DNA of 64,000 nt, from positions 1 to 64,000 of the forward strand of contig NW_019218057.1 of the NCBI RefSeq assembly GCF_002571385.2, in the 5' to 3' direction. The notes under the pieces were generated by a model. It did no database searches. It was not told the DNA's origin and was given only the letters and a program-made list of their open reading frames with translations. This document shows, in pieces, positions 49,355 through 61,977 of the stretch. Source of the stretch: Stylophora pistillata (taxonomy: Eukaryota). The stretch's first letter is position 1. Every line of letters begins with the position of its first letter. A program made the translations under genes and the position numbers.

Positions 49355-51234
49355 ATCCGCCACAGCTTTTGAAATAAGTTATAAAATAAAAATCGATAGT
49401 CCATACAGGTTTACCAGCCATCTGTTTGTCAGTTTATCTCAACATTTTCCTTGTGTTAAGTCATATACCTCAGGGAGTTACAATTAGACTTTTCAAGACA
49501 GCCAAAATAAATGCTCTGTTGAGAAATCCTAACCAATATCAAAATCCCTAAAAGGATTGTTGTTTCAATACAAGAACACATTAGCTACGGCTACTTTCAC
49601 CACCTCACAAGGCAAGTTAGAAACAAAGCTATTACAACGATGATTGTACATGTAAACAGGAAAGACACTTCAAATTCTACATGCAATCAATGAGAAATAA
49701 GTTGCTAAAGGCTTTTCTCAAAGCCCTGCCAATTAGCTTCAGTAAAATTCACAGTTCTTGATACAAATTTCTACCACAATAACAGCAAAAACAGACAAAC
49801 AATAAATATCAAATCTTATCACATTTAACATTTTGGTTTTAAGGTTGTTCTACACTCCTCTTCCCAAAATTCACTAACAACACTCTCAGGAATACAAAAT
49901 ATTCACAAGCTACTGTAGAGCGCCTAAACAGTATTTTGATCTACGTATTTAAAATTTGAAGCTGGTGTAAGGTTCTCTTCAGATATTTCCAAAGACAATA
50001 TCATATGGATAAAATGTTCATCATTATAAGTGACATGAAAAACAAAAATATATTTAGCAAGAATTCATAGTGCCTTCCCTGACTCTTCAAGGTTTTGCAT
50101 CTGATATTGTCAGCAAAGCCTTTGTTTGGTGTATTGTATTCAACAATAACTATAGTACTGATATGTTAGATTGGTAAGAAAAGGTGGGATTTATACCATG
50201 CAATAAACCAAAAAATTGCACCTGCAAGAAACACAATCTCCTGATTCTTTGCCAATTCCATTTAATTCATGCCCCACTTTTGCAAAGAATACCTCACCTA
50301 AAGTTCACAATCACATGTTATGCAATAAACTTCCACTATTGCATTACATGTACCTTCCTTTAGTACCTGAATGGCAACTGACAAAAAACCCTTAAAGAGA
50401 TTTGGAATAATCAAAATAATACTACCAGGATTAGACTCATATCACTTTGAATAAGGCTTTAAGTTAGTAAAACGTACTGTTGTGCACCGTTCTGGCCAAG
50501 CACTATCTCAGTTTTCCAGGACAGCACAGCTTTCAAATCAGTTTGTTGATAAAACTGACGAAACCTACTGAAAGTATAATCTATCCTGCAATAGCCAAAG
50601 TCATGGACGCGATATTTTCCAGCTTGTGCTATTTCTGTCTTTGGGCTATGTTTGCTGCTTGCAAATATCAACTCAAGCCAGCTCAATCTTAAGGTTGTAT
50701 GTGCATGATTAGTAATTTGCTAAAAATAAAAAATAAAAACTGAAAACTCTATCCCGCAAATTAATCATAGTTGAATTTCACTTTAGACTTAAGAGAGGCT
50801 CTATCAACAACAGCCACGTATGAGTATCGATCAAGCCGGACATTTATGAAAAAAAAAAGTGAAAGGTTTCTTGCATTAATAACAGCGCACGTGGTTAGCA
50901 GAACCCAAGCCTGTTCCACGAACTTTGAACAGTTTAACAGTTTCTTCACCCGATTTATCCCAGATTTTCCAACTAAATTTCTTCAGAGGCTGCAAAATAC
51001 TCACGAGTTTTGTTCTCTGAGCTCTCTCTGTTTCTGAAGATTAGCCTCGTTAAATTTAAGCACCCGATTTTCCGGTACCCACTCGTCCCAATTTTTGTTC
51101 CAACCGTTGTAGTGAATGAGATATCTTGTCACTTTATCCTTCATCTGCCCTTTCATACACTTTGCTTCGTAGATCAGAGGACCATGGTAGCACAGAATAC
51201 GTTCACCTTCGCCAAATTTCAATTTAGGAGGCAT
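47465..51234 (-). CDS. MORF4L1: MRG15/MORF4L1 chromodomain-MRG protein, 299 aa; exons 51234-51005 and 48134-47465
   Basis: Chromo barrel (CYHGPLIYEAKC, YLIHYNGWNKNWDEWVPENRVLK) and MRG domain (LIDDWDLVTRQKQL, LLYKFER, YGAEHLLRLF); phase-2 GT-AG intron gives a 900-nt CDS. Confidence 0.97.
49311..49352 (+). repeat. Poly(A) tract of ~42 nt in the MORF4L1 intron
   Basis: Uninterrupted A run. Confidence 0.9.
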
Positions 51235-51477
51235 TTTCAACGGGTAAATTGCTGACTCGCGTTATGTTTTAGCGTAGGCCTCGAACGCGAGTCGATTATG
51301 TGCCGAATTCACGAACTCATAAACGTGGTACAATATAGTCGAAAATCATTATATCAAGATATGTGATTGGTCCAATTTACTACCATTTTTATTTAAATGA
51401 CCAATCAAAATAAGTCTAATTGTTTTCATTGATTTTCCCGCCGTCCACTTCGCACTGCATCACTTCCTGTCTGGCGA
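51235..51477. promoter_or_regulatory. Putative bidirectional promoter, MORF4L1 / FUT10-11
   Basis: 243 bp between divergent ATGs; CCAAT boxes in both orientations (~51366-51376, ~51401); ETS-like CACTTCCTG ~51461; CpG-rich. Confidence 0.7.
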
Positions 51478-54400
51478 ATGGCGGTGAGGAGATCCTGTAC
51501 TTCCCTCCAAAAAATTGCTGTTTTGTGTGCGGTGCTAACGGTCCTTCTGCTATCCACTAATATTTTATTGAGCTTCGATGGTGATGATGAAACCCCTTTC
51601 GATGAAAAGGGAGATGTGAACCAATGGAGTGCAGACTCTGTTGGAATCGAGGAAACGGAAGAGAAAATTTTCAATTTTCTAGAGGTCGATGAAAATTGGA
51701 ATGATCGATATTCCGAAGGTGGGCTCACTGTACCCGTACACGCGGGACTCAGAATATTTTCTTTGTCCCACGCTCGTGACTAGACGAAAACATCTTTCTA
51801 TGTTTTTTTTACCGAGCTCAAAACCTACCATCTTTCTTATTCTTTACAATGCTATGCTGATGTTAAGGTGTAAATGCCTCTTCAAAACTGCTTGCCCTCT
51901 GGGCCGGCCTTTTTGTAGTGGGATTAAATTTTTCGGAAAGAGTACCATATAACCCCATATATTAATTATGTATTCCACTTCTTTGTCTTTCACGACAAAA
52001 CTTTAAAAACAAAGTCTGCTAGTCTGAATGCATAATTAATGTATGGGCTTATATGGTACTCTTGCCAATTTTTCTTTCATCCAATTGGAAAAAAATTTAG
52101 CCATGGTTATAAACTTGAGATAAGAGCCGATTGACTTTCAATAAAGGAATTTCAGCTCAGTTACCAAAATGAACAAATGCCCTCTCTGATTATTAAGCTG
52201 AAATCATAGTTTATTACTAGGTAAATCCCCCCCCCCCCACCTCCCCAACCTCTTTCCCCTAGTTAGGGAGATCCTGTCACCATACCAGCCTCATTTCTGT
52301 ATTAACAGATCAAACTTTTGTCAAAGGAATTGGTACTGAGGGGAGTTGCTGGAAACTGAGCCTGCCAAATTAATTTGCTACATAGAAAGTCCAGAATGCA
52401 TGCCTTTCAGGTGCATTAATTAACTGGGCTAGTTCAGTACCAGGAAAGCCTGACTGTAACAGAAACTAGTTTTTAAACCTTACTATTTTGTAATCCAATA
52501 CAATTTTCTTGTTTATTTGACTTGCAATGTCTTTCAGAAGAAGTTTACTATGATAGAGTTGATCACATCTTGAAAAACCTGCACAAGCCAGCAGCATATG
52601 CAGCCAAGTACAAATTTCCTATTATTATCTGGTGGACTTCTTTTACACATGGAAATGATATCAAGAGATGTAAACTTGGAGATTGCTATTTTACAGAGGC
52701 ACGCAAATTTAAGACACATCCAAGGACTCAGGCTTTTCTGTTCTATGGTACATATTTCACTCTAGCAGACCTTCCTTTGCCAAGGCTTGGTAAGACCTTT
52801 CTTACAACTGAGTAATATTTGCCTTACCGGTATTTTTGAGAAGTCAGTCATAATTATACAGTAACTATGTTTCCTTGGATAAGCACCCACACCCTAGTAA
52901 GCACTCTTCCCCCAAATAAGTGCCCACCCTCTTGGCTATGATTTCACTCAAGGGCCCCCTTTGAAGAACCCCTCACCTCCTCCCTCAATTTCTTAAATAG
53001 AGACCTTAAGCAGTCAGGACGGCAACGCCATGGAAGGCGTCAGTTAAAAAATGAATTTCTACTTTTAATCAGAATTTCGAAAAAGGCTGCATGTATTTAC
53101 CATCTCATACGGTGCCACAACTCAACCTCAACATAACGTATAAATGTAGCATTGATCGAGTTCTAAATGTAAATTAAAATAATTTGCCATCACGGTTTCA
53201 GTTCATAGACGATGCAAAGTTTGGTGATTTCACGTTGTTGTTTTGCAAAGGACAACTAAGAAATATACTAAGTTTTGAAATGCACATGCTGAGCTATTGT
53301 TCTGCCTATTAGATCTTTTAATTTTCCACATCCTCGTTGCTGTTGCCGTCGTGGTTTGCTTAAGGTCCCTAATATTAGGGATTGAAGGTAAACCTGTTTC
53401 TATTGCCATTTTTCAAGAACTTTTCAAGCTTTAACTACAAATGAATCAGTTGCCATCATTTCCCCTTCCTCCAATTAAGTGCCCTCCTTCCAATAACAAA
53501 AATTTTAAATATTTCAAGCGGCTTGGCACTTATTCAAGGAAATGCAGTACATGAATTGCACTAATGTTCTAATGTGCTTGTTATATGCACAGAGGAGTTA
53601 TTCCTGTTCACTTGTAAGGGATCAGTTGAAGCCCTTTACATGCCTTTACCCTTTGAGGCAATCAGTGGTTAAATTGTGTTTACTCTTTGAACCAGATGAA
53701 TCAGATGAACCAGACAATGCAATGTCTGGTAAAAAGAATGAAGATAATAAAATTATTATGGACTAACAGCAATAACAACAATTTTTATTGTGCCCTTCCT
53801 TGACAAAAACTGAAAAAAAATAAGAGTACTGGCTTCCAAGAATAACCAGTAATTCAGTACAAAATAATTATGTAGGATATATTTGTTTGATTTTCAGGAC
53901 ACCATGAATGGGGCTTGTTCCATGAAGAATCTCCAAAAAACAATCCTCTTCTACATCATCATACTACCATTGAACTTTTCAACCACACTGCTACATTTCG
54001 TAGATCATCAGATTACCCGTTAATTACTCAAATGCTGTCATCTATTCCTGAATTATTGAAAAAGCCAAAGTTTGACATCCATGAAAAGAGCACTAGTGAT
54101 CTTGCATCAGTTGTGTATGTTCAGAGTGGATGTAATCCACCTTCTGACAGAGATGAATATATAGCACAATTGATGAAATTTATAAAAATTGATTCCTATG
54201 GGGCCTGCTTGCACAATAAAGATCTTCCTGAAGCATTTAAGAGTCCCTTAACCATGGATGATGATGGTTTCCATGATATTATTGCAAGGTACAAGTTTAC
54301 ATTGGCCTTTGAGAATGCAATTTGTGAAGACTATATAACTGAAAAACTCTGGAGACCTCTTGTCTTAGGGTCTGTGCCAATTTATAAAGGGTCACCAAGT

Positions 54401-54868
54401 GTCCAGGATTGGATGCCAAATAATCATTCTATTATACATGTGGATGATTTCAAAAGTCCTAAGGATCTGGCTGATTTCATTAAAAAGCTGGACAGAGATG
54501 ATAAAGAATACGCCAAGTATTTAGAATTTAAAGATAAAGGAGTTACTAACAAGAGACTTTTATCCATCATGGAAAACCGGCCATGGGGGACATCCTATGA
54601 GGAAGTGAACTATGTTACAGGATTTGAGTGTTTTGTTTGTAATAGAATTCATGAAAATTTAAAACGCAAAGCTAAAGGGTTAGTGGAAAATAAGTTTGTT
54701 GCCTCTCAAGAACATTATGGCTGCCCAAAACCAGAAAAATACAATTTTCCTCATTCATCTAACCATGATAGTGATGGACAGAGAGATCTTTGGTGGGATG
54801 AGTATGATCAAAGTGTGAGAGAATCACAAAAATTGAACCAACTTGTTAAATCCAACTGGTACTTTTAA
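51478..54868 (+). CDS. FUT10: GT10 fucosyltransferase of the FUT10/FUT11 group, ~487 aa; exons 51478-51718, 52538-52789, 53898-54868
   Basis: Type II TM; PIIIWWTSF, FLFYGT, WGLFHEESPKNN, FNHTATFRRSSDYP, YKFTLAFENAICEDYITEKLWRPL. FUT10 versus FUT11 not resolvable by eye. Confidence 0.92.
51933..52067. mobile_element. MITE with long TIRs
   Basis: AAGAGTACCATATAACCCCATATATTAATTATG...CATAATTAATGTATGGGCTTATATGGTACTCTT. Confidence 0.75.
52999..53370. mobile_element. Harbinger-like MITE nested in a pogo-like MITE (~52857-53549)
   Basis: AGAGACCTTAAGCA...TGCTTAAGGTCCCT with AAT on both sides. Confidence 0.7.
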
Positions 54869-57788
54869 CACTTTGCAAAGCTTGTGAGCTGATGCTCCTA
54901 GCACTAGGGGGAGTGTTCTGTGTAGAAATTCCTCACTGCTGTCCCTCACAGTAACACGTAAACTATGGAGTTAAGATACTTCTCTGAAATGTGATTCACT
55001 CAGCTGTCAAACATGTTGCATACCTTTCAGGAAACATAGGCATTGTTTTATAGTTTCCAAAAGGTCATGTCTGTGGGTTGTGATCAAAGAATTTAAATTC
55101 ATGTCCTGCCCTTTGACGCCTAAAATGATCAAAATGATTGACTGCAGCAAGAAACAAAATTTGGCTGATCAGAGTTCACACATTACTGAACACTACTGAA
55201 AAGCACAGTAATTTAATATACACTGTTGAGATAACTGGTGATGACTCTTGGGAAAATGATCAAGGACGTAATATTTACCAACTTGAAGGTTCAAATTTAA
55301 CAATTCAACTCTCAGCATCACCAAATAGTAAAATGCAGGGTTGTTAATTGAAATCATAGCTCTTGAAGCTTGGAGTGAAGGATTGAGAAGAAATTGCAAG
55401 CGGCACTGGTTACACTCTTGAAGGTTTAAGATTAATGTGATGTGATAAGCATTAGCTCATTACACTATGCGAGTTTGCTTTATTTTAGGTTGACTTGCTA
55501 ATGATGCTTTTAATTAAACTCAAAAGTAAAATTTGAAATCAGACACAAGATTAATTACAATGGAAAATTAGTCAGAATCTTGATGCATGGTAACCCCCTA
55601 GTTTAGCAGGAATCTCCTGGATGAAATCTTGTAGGTCTCTTATACAGCTTCCAAAATCCCCCAGATACATTTAAATGAGGATAGTAACTCATTTCCAAAG
55701 AATAAAAGAGTTTCTATCAAAACCAATGATTAATATTCAGTTTCCTTTGTCAGTGGGCTCCTATATATTTAAACTTTTGGTCTGTTTTTAAAAATTTTAG
55801 TTTTGGTGGACAAAGACAGTACCTTGTGTCTCCTTACAATAATTATCAATAAAATATGAAGTGAACAAGTGGTTTCCAAAGGTTGGTATTTCCAAAAATG
55901 GCATATGTTCATCCTTGTGGTGAAATAATTCCACTCTGTTGAACATGACTGTAATACTCAGTAAACTAAATTTGTTTCAAATTATGGATTTTACAGGTTA
56001 TTTTTGGAAATTTTGGTGAAATCACAATCTTTTGTTGTTTAACATCATTTTAGCATGCATGCTAATGTAAGAGTTTGCTTTATGCTACTACATTGAAATA
56101 CCCACTTATGACAGTATGTCCACTGTTGGTTCAGGATTGTGAATGGAGGATGTTCCTGCTTAAAAATAACTTCTGTTCTTGACTTTTTAAAGATGTGTAC
56201 TTGGAGGTTGTCTTTAACAAGTCACACAACATCAGCTACTTGTTAAAATAATAAGTACACCTTATGGAAAATAAAAACAAATTAATAGGAATTCTTCACC
56301 ATGGAGCCTGATCAGGTAAAAGTTAAAAATGCAACACATTTTTTCGGTGTACAATATAACAAAGGCTTTTATGTAAATCTTTGCATGCATACATGTAAAC
56401 TATGTAAAAATAGTGTCACAAATACAAAATAAAATGATTAATAATAAATAGGTTAAAACTAAATTTTAAATCAGAGAATAAACTTTTTGCAACTCTCTGA
56501 CTGCCTAAAGCTAAAGTACACCCAGTGTAGCCTTTAATTAACAGTAACCGTTGTGGCTGAAAAATTAACATTTACGGTGCCATAGTTCTAGAAGCAAAGG
56601 CTTACTTATAAATGCTTTGTAAAAACTAATAGTATTAGTATCTACATATTTACTTTACACAGTAACATTTTTTCTTATTTTTATTTCTTTTATGGTAGAG
56701 GTCAGTTCAGTTTGTTATAATTATTAGAAAGTTAACTTGACTTGCAACGAGTAACCATTATTCAATAAGGTAAAATATAGTGGTTGATATTTGTCAAGTT
56801 GCAAATAGCTGGGGTTAATATCCAACTTTTTTGCCAATATTGAGATGAAAAGTTGTTTTGAATTAGTACAAGTTATGCAACATAAAATATGACTTGCAAA
56901 TAAAAAAATTCCTTTTTTTTTTTCATCTTACACAATGCACCAAACAGTAGAGATTAATTGTTCACGTTGTTGATATGTTCCCCATTTTTTTTTTTAAAAG
57001 AAGGCATTGCATATCAATGTTAAAATGCAAAGATTAAGAAAGTTTTCTCTGAGAAAAACAAAGCAAAATAGGAAGCTAGTTTGTTTTGTTATGGCTCCTC
57101 AGAGATGGATAATACAATTCTGTACAACACTCACTGCCACATATGTGAGTACTTACTTTTCATCTGTCCCTTCACAATTCGCAATTTCAGGCAAAATTGC
57201 TTGAGTGCCATTCTTGATCAAAATCTCCAACTTAATTCAATTATTCCACAATTTAACACAGTACTACAACTCATGTAGCTTTTAAGTGTGAATTTAAAAT
57301 GCTCTCAGATTTCAAGTACCTTCAGTATAAGTGTTATAGTTAAATGTAGCACCCTGTCAGCTATTTGTTCACAGGAATGTCCTGCCTGCTATGCAAAATA
57401 ACCATTACATAAATATAAGCTAACAACTAAACAATTATCCTACAAAGTTGCTGTTTAAAATGAATGTCATAAATTTCTCTATTCAATGTATGAAACATCT
57501 TCATAGCATATAAAAATACAACGTCCATTTCTTCCCCTGGGCTCCCACACCTGCCGTTGTTTGTCCTGCCCCCCCCCCCCTCATACGACTTGTCATACAA
57601 TCTAAGATCATGGTGGCTCCATCTACATGTAACATACACAGCATTCATGCAAAACTGTGAGGAACTGTTCATAATCTAAAGTACTTACTCATGATACCTG
57701 TTTTTTTACATTTGGGTAACTTAAAAGAAACGTATGATGAACGAATGGCTCTATAAAATTCTGTCAATTTACACTAATTAAGATAAGT

Positions 57789-60700
57789 CTATAATTCTAC
57801 ACTATGTAAATCATCATCTCCATTGTCATCTTCCTTGTCCATTTCTTTCTCGTCCTGGTCTTTGTTTTCCTCCACTTCATCATCTTCTTTCTCTGTGTCC
57901 ACATGTGATGTCCCAGCATCATTGGATTTACTTCTATGCACATGTGAAGGGACACCATCTGAAACTGACTGATGCTGTGCAGTGACTGCCACTGGGTTTG
58001 ATGGTATCTATGAACAAGGGAAAGGGAAGAAGATACTTCAAAATCAGTCATCCCTCAAAATCATACTTACAGCAGTTTACAGCAGAGGTGCAATTTAAAG
58101 GAATTTATCCCAGTTTCTGTAGCAGAGCAAGAAAAGGATATTTGCTACTCCTCCATAATAGGAAGAGTTTTCTAATAAACAGTTTGTTGGTATCCATAAA
58201 TACTCCAGGATGCAGAGAGATTATGTGAGGGGTATTTTTTTTACACCCTTAGTATGCTTAATCTCCAACATTGTAAGGAGAAATAAGATGCTAGTAACTC
58301 TTTGAGTTCAAAGCATCAAGTGTCTTTTCCAAGAAAACAACACCATAAACACTGCATATACTAACCACCCAGCCACAACATCTTCCAATACCATTACACA
58401 ATTTAAGGGATTTTTCCCCCTTTGAAAGTTGGCACACAAACCAAGTTAACCATTGTTCACTGGCAACAATATAGTATTTATGTACATCATCACCATGAAC
58501 AAGAATCTACTCACTTGCACTCTGGAGAATACAGCTGCTTGTAACTGTTTCTCAAGCTGGAGAATCCTAACATCTTTTTTCAGGTTTTCCTTCTCCAGTC
58601 TTTGCAATTGGACCTCCAGTCTAGAAAGCTCACTTTCCTAGGGGAAAACCATTTCAGATTTCAGTTTGACTGATAACAAATAAATTTAGACTACACTGAC
58701 ACAAACATTCACAACAAATTACTCTAAATACTGTTTACCATACATTCAAACATCAGAAAAATACCAAAATAAAGATGTAAATACAAATCTTTTAACCTTC
58801 AGGCTTTGAAGCTCAGCTTCCAGTTCAGCTATGCGAGAGATTTTGCTTAAATGCTCTTGCTGAAGTATGTGAATGTGTTGCCTTAGTGTGAGGATTTCTT
58901 GATTCGTGTCATGGTGTTGCTGTGAACAGAAAAGTTCCAGTTGAATAAGACCTCATCCTCTATCTGATCTCACAAGATACATCAATAGCCGTAGCAAATT
59001 ATCACTAATTAAAATTCAATGAAAATATTTTTGTTCCTCCAATTCAGTTTTACTTACTTGATTTACACGCATCTTAGATGTTGAAAACTTTGCCTCTGTT
59101 CTCCACGAGGAAGACTGGGGCTGTCCTATGCTGCTCTTTGGTACTGAACAGACTCTCATTGGTTGTGAATTTAATCCAGGTACCTTGGGTAAAGCCCCTC
59201 TGGAGTTAGCATGTGTGGGAGATTGAATAGTTAATCCTGTTACAGATAATGGTGTATTTAGTGGTGTACTGGGTGTGCTTGGTCCATTACTTGAGGAACC
59301 ATTACTGTTTGTCCAACTGGCACTAGTTTGATAACTACCAGGATGTTCTGCAGCTGAGGTCCAAGGCAAAATTTCTGGCGAACCTAAATTGTTATGGGGG
59401 CTTACCAACTCCATACTACTTCCTGTCATCAACACGTTTTGCCCAACATCAATAGTTGCAACATCTGTACTGGAACGGTCAAGGTTGAGTCCATCAGAAC
59501 TCAGTGACTCTACCATTGTAGGTCGATCACTTTCTTTCCATTTCTAATGCACAAAAAGATAGAGGATAAAATGAGACTCAAAGTAGTAGGAAAATAGCAC
59601 ATGATTTATTCTATTCCATTCAATGACTGTGATCACGAGTATATCAGACAGACCAAACATCAGTTTGGTATACCTTTGAAAGAGCACCAGAAAGCTTTTT
59701 TCATTTGCGAAAAAGAAAATTCAGCTCTGTTGGAGCACACATGCCTATAACTAACCATACAATTGGGTCGGATAATTCTAAAATTATCACTACTAATTGC
59801 CGCTACTACTGTACCAGCGCATTTGTTTGGAGGCTTCACATATCAACTCCTCCCATGCTGCTTTAAATCACGATGACCGCAGCTTACTGCCTGACACCTA
59901 TTTACACCTCATCCGAAAAAAAGGGAAGCTACTTCGTCAGCATATAAAAAGGGCCTCTTGTTGCAACAATCAGATCACCCCTGATGAAGGCACTAAACAG
60001 GAGTGTCAAAACATTGGGTCTATAAATTGTAATTTTGGTTACACTCATTAAATGTAAGATATAATGAAAGACTCTCTCTCATATAGAGGAGCTTCGTTAT
60101 GGAACTTTGTTAACTACAATAATAAGCATCGGCGACCCTCAATTTTAATCAGCTCAGGAAAAGGGTCAGTTCTGAAGATTATTTTAAAGACTTTAAGTTC
60201 AAATCTACATCTGCATTTGCTATAAGATGCAGACAACATAATTTTATATATTATTGATCATTGTGTCCATGCAACATTTAAAATTAAATATATGTTAGCT
60301 TAATTCTTAAACACACGACCCCACAAGCTTTGTAGCTTTAAAAATGATCATGTTTAAATAAAGATTGTGTATGCGTATGTATGTAAATCTTTAAACCAGA
60401 GTCGCATCAAACCATGTCTGATTGTCCACCTGGTTGCTGTGCGTACTTAAATATAGCACATCATAGATTTCCAATTTTTTTTTTTTCTGAATGTTACAAC
60501 TCCACATCCAACAAGTGCATCCTTTCCTCAGGACAATGTTCCTTTTCAACTTTCTCATTTGAGCCAATCACCTCAAAGGAATTATTTCCTGTGTTATATT
60601 AATTTTGTGTGTGTATGAAGTTTGAGAATGATCCTGAAGGCACCAACCATTTGAAACAAGAGCCCATCAGTGAGGGGAAGGGGTGCAGGTTTTAAATGAC

Positions 60701-61254
60701 CAATGCATACAGTTGCATCATTCTTTCCTACCTTGGTTTAAATCTTCTTGCGACCTTACCTGCGTTTGATCATTGGAATCGTCTTCGGCCAGCCGTCTTC
60801 TTTTAGGGTCATGCGGAGATCTGTGTAATGAAGGATCTGTGACATTCCCACTTCCGTGGCTACCCGAGAAAGAAACTTCAGCAACATCAGGCAAATCGGC
60901 GTACACTGTAACTTTGCACATCGCATAGCAATTCCGACGCTTGCCCGTACAGTTGACCCTTGGAGTGCATCCGTATCTTTTACCGGGACAGTACAAACAC
61001 TCGCTCACAAGAAGGTATCTCTCGGTACGTTTTCCTCTCGTCGGAGGCTGTATTCCTTCCCTCAATCTACAGCCAAGCCGTCCTGTTACTGAAGGACGCT
61101 CTGGCCGGCCAGAAACAGTTTCCATAATAGCTCCTCCACCGTAGTTTAGCCGCTCAAAGTTCCAGCTGATTTGCTTGGCGAAAAACTGTGGAAGTTCCGC
61201 AACGGGAACTTTAATAGGTTCCCCCCATTCAGGTAAAGCACAGTTTCGGCACAT
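57789..61254 (-). CDS. Uncharacterised putative nuclear protein, ~481 aa; exons 61254-60760, 59543-59058, 58919-58797, 58637-58515, 58007-57789
   Basis: Five GT-AG phase-0 exons join into one open frame: Cys/His-rich N-terminal domain, PKRRRL, Ser/Thr/Pro-rich linker, heptad coiled coil, acidic tail. Probable 5'UTR exon ends ~61302. Confidence 0.85.
59600..60080 (+). mobile_element. Penelope-like retroelement 3' remnant (GIY-YIG endonuclease plus decayed hammerhead)
   Basis: Frameshifted YIRQTKHQFGIPLKEHQK...NSALLEH...NHTIG.DNSKII...CLEASHIN, followed by CCC-CTGATGAAGGCACT...AGTGTC-AAAACATTGGG. Confidence 0.85.
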
Positions 61255-61977
61255 GGCAAGGAAGATTTAGCCAATGAATCCCTAAAACAAGAAATAACTT
61301 ACATCGGAAATGGTAAATTACCGTAGACACCACTGTCACTGAAAGACGCCATGTTTCTTTCTGATGGAAACCGCTGGGTTATACTTCGCGGGGACGGATG
61401 GAGCACGTTTGTCTAACCGTGGATAGGGTGGGGAATTTCTTTTCTTTTCTTCTTTCTTTCTTTTTTTTTTATTTTTTTATTTTTTTTATTTTTTTTTCCC
61501 CGTATTATTTATTCATCTATTTTCTTATTTATTTACTCATTTTTCAAAGACGTAAGTTGGAATTCTCAAGAAGGAGCAGTTTTAATAATTTCTTCTAGTT
61601 AATTTCATCGTGAAAACCGTTCGACTTGTCCTCTTTCGTTGCTTATTCATTTTCTGTAATAAGGAAGCTCGATCTGATCAAAGTTTGGCATTTGTGAAAA
61701 ATTCTATGAACGCATATTCCACACCTTATACCGCAGAAATGAGGAGACAATCCAAAGTTCCGGTGCCGACTGGGTGGGAAAAAATCCTCTCAATTGCGAA
61801 CCAATCAAGCCACTGGACTTGGAACATTTGATAGTGTCAAATTTCGGGCATTGGCAGAATAGACAAGTTGCAGACAGTGCTGAAGAGATTTCGCTGAGAG
61901 TTTCTTCTAGATTTCTAGAGAATTTGCGGCTTTTCTGTATCTGGCTCTCGACATAGAAAGTTTTTTTCATTACGAAC

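Noticed and set aside
48135-51004. Intronic C/D snoRNA in MORF4L1
   Set aside because: Box C-like motifs near 48700 and 50020 lack a suitably spaced D box and terminal stem.
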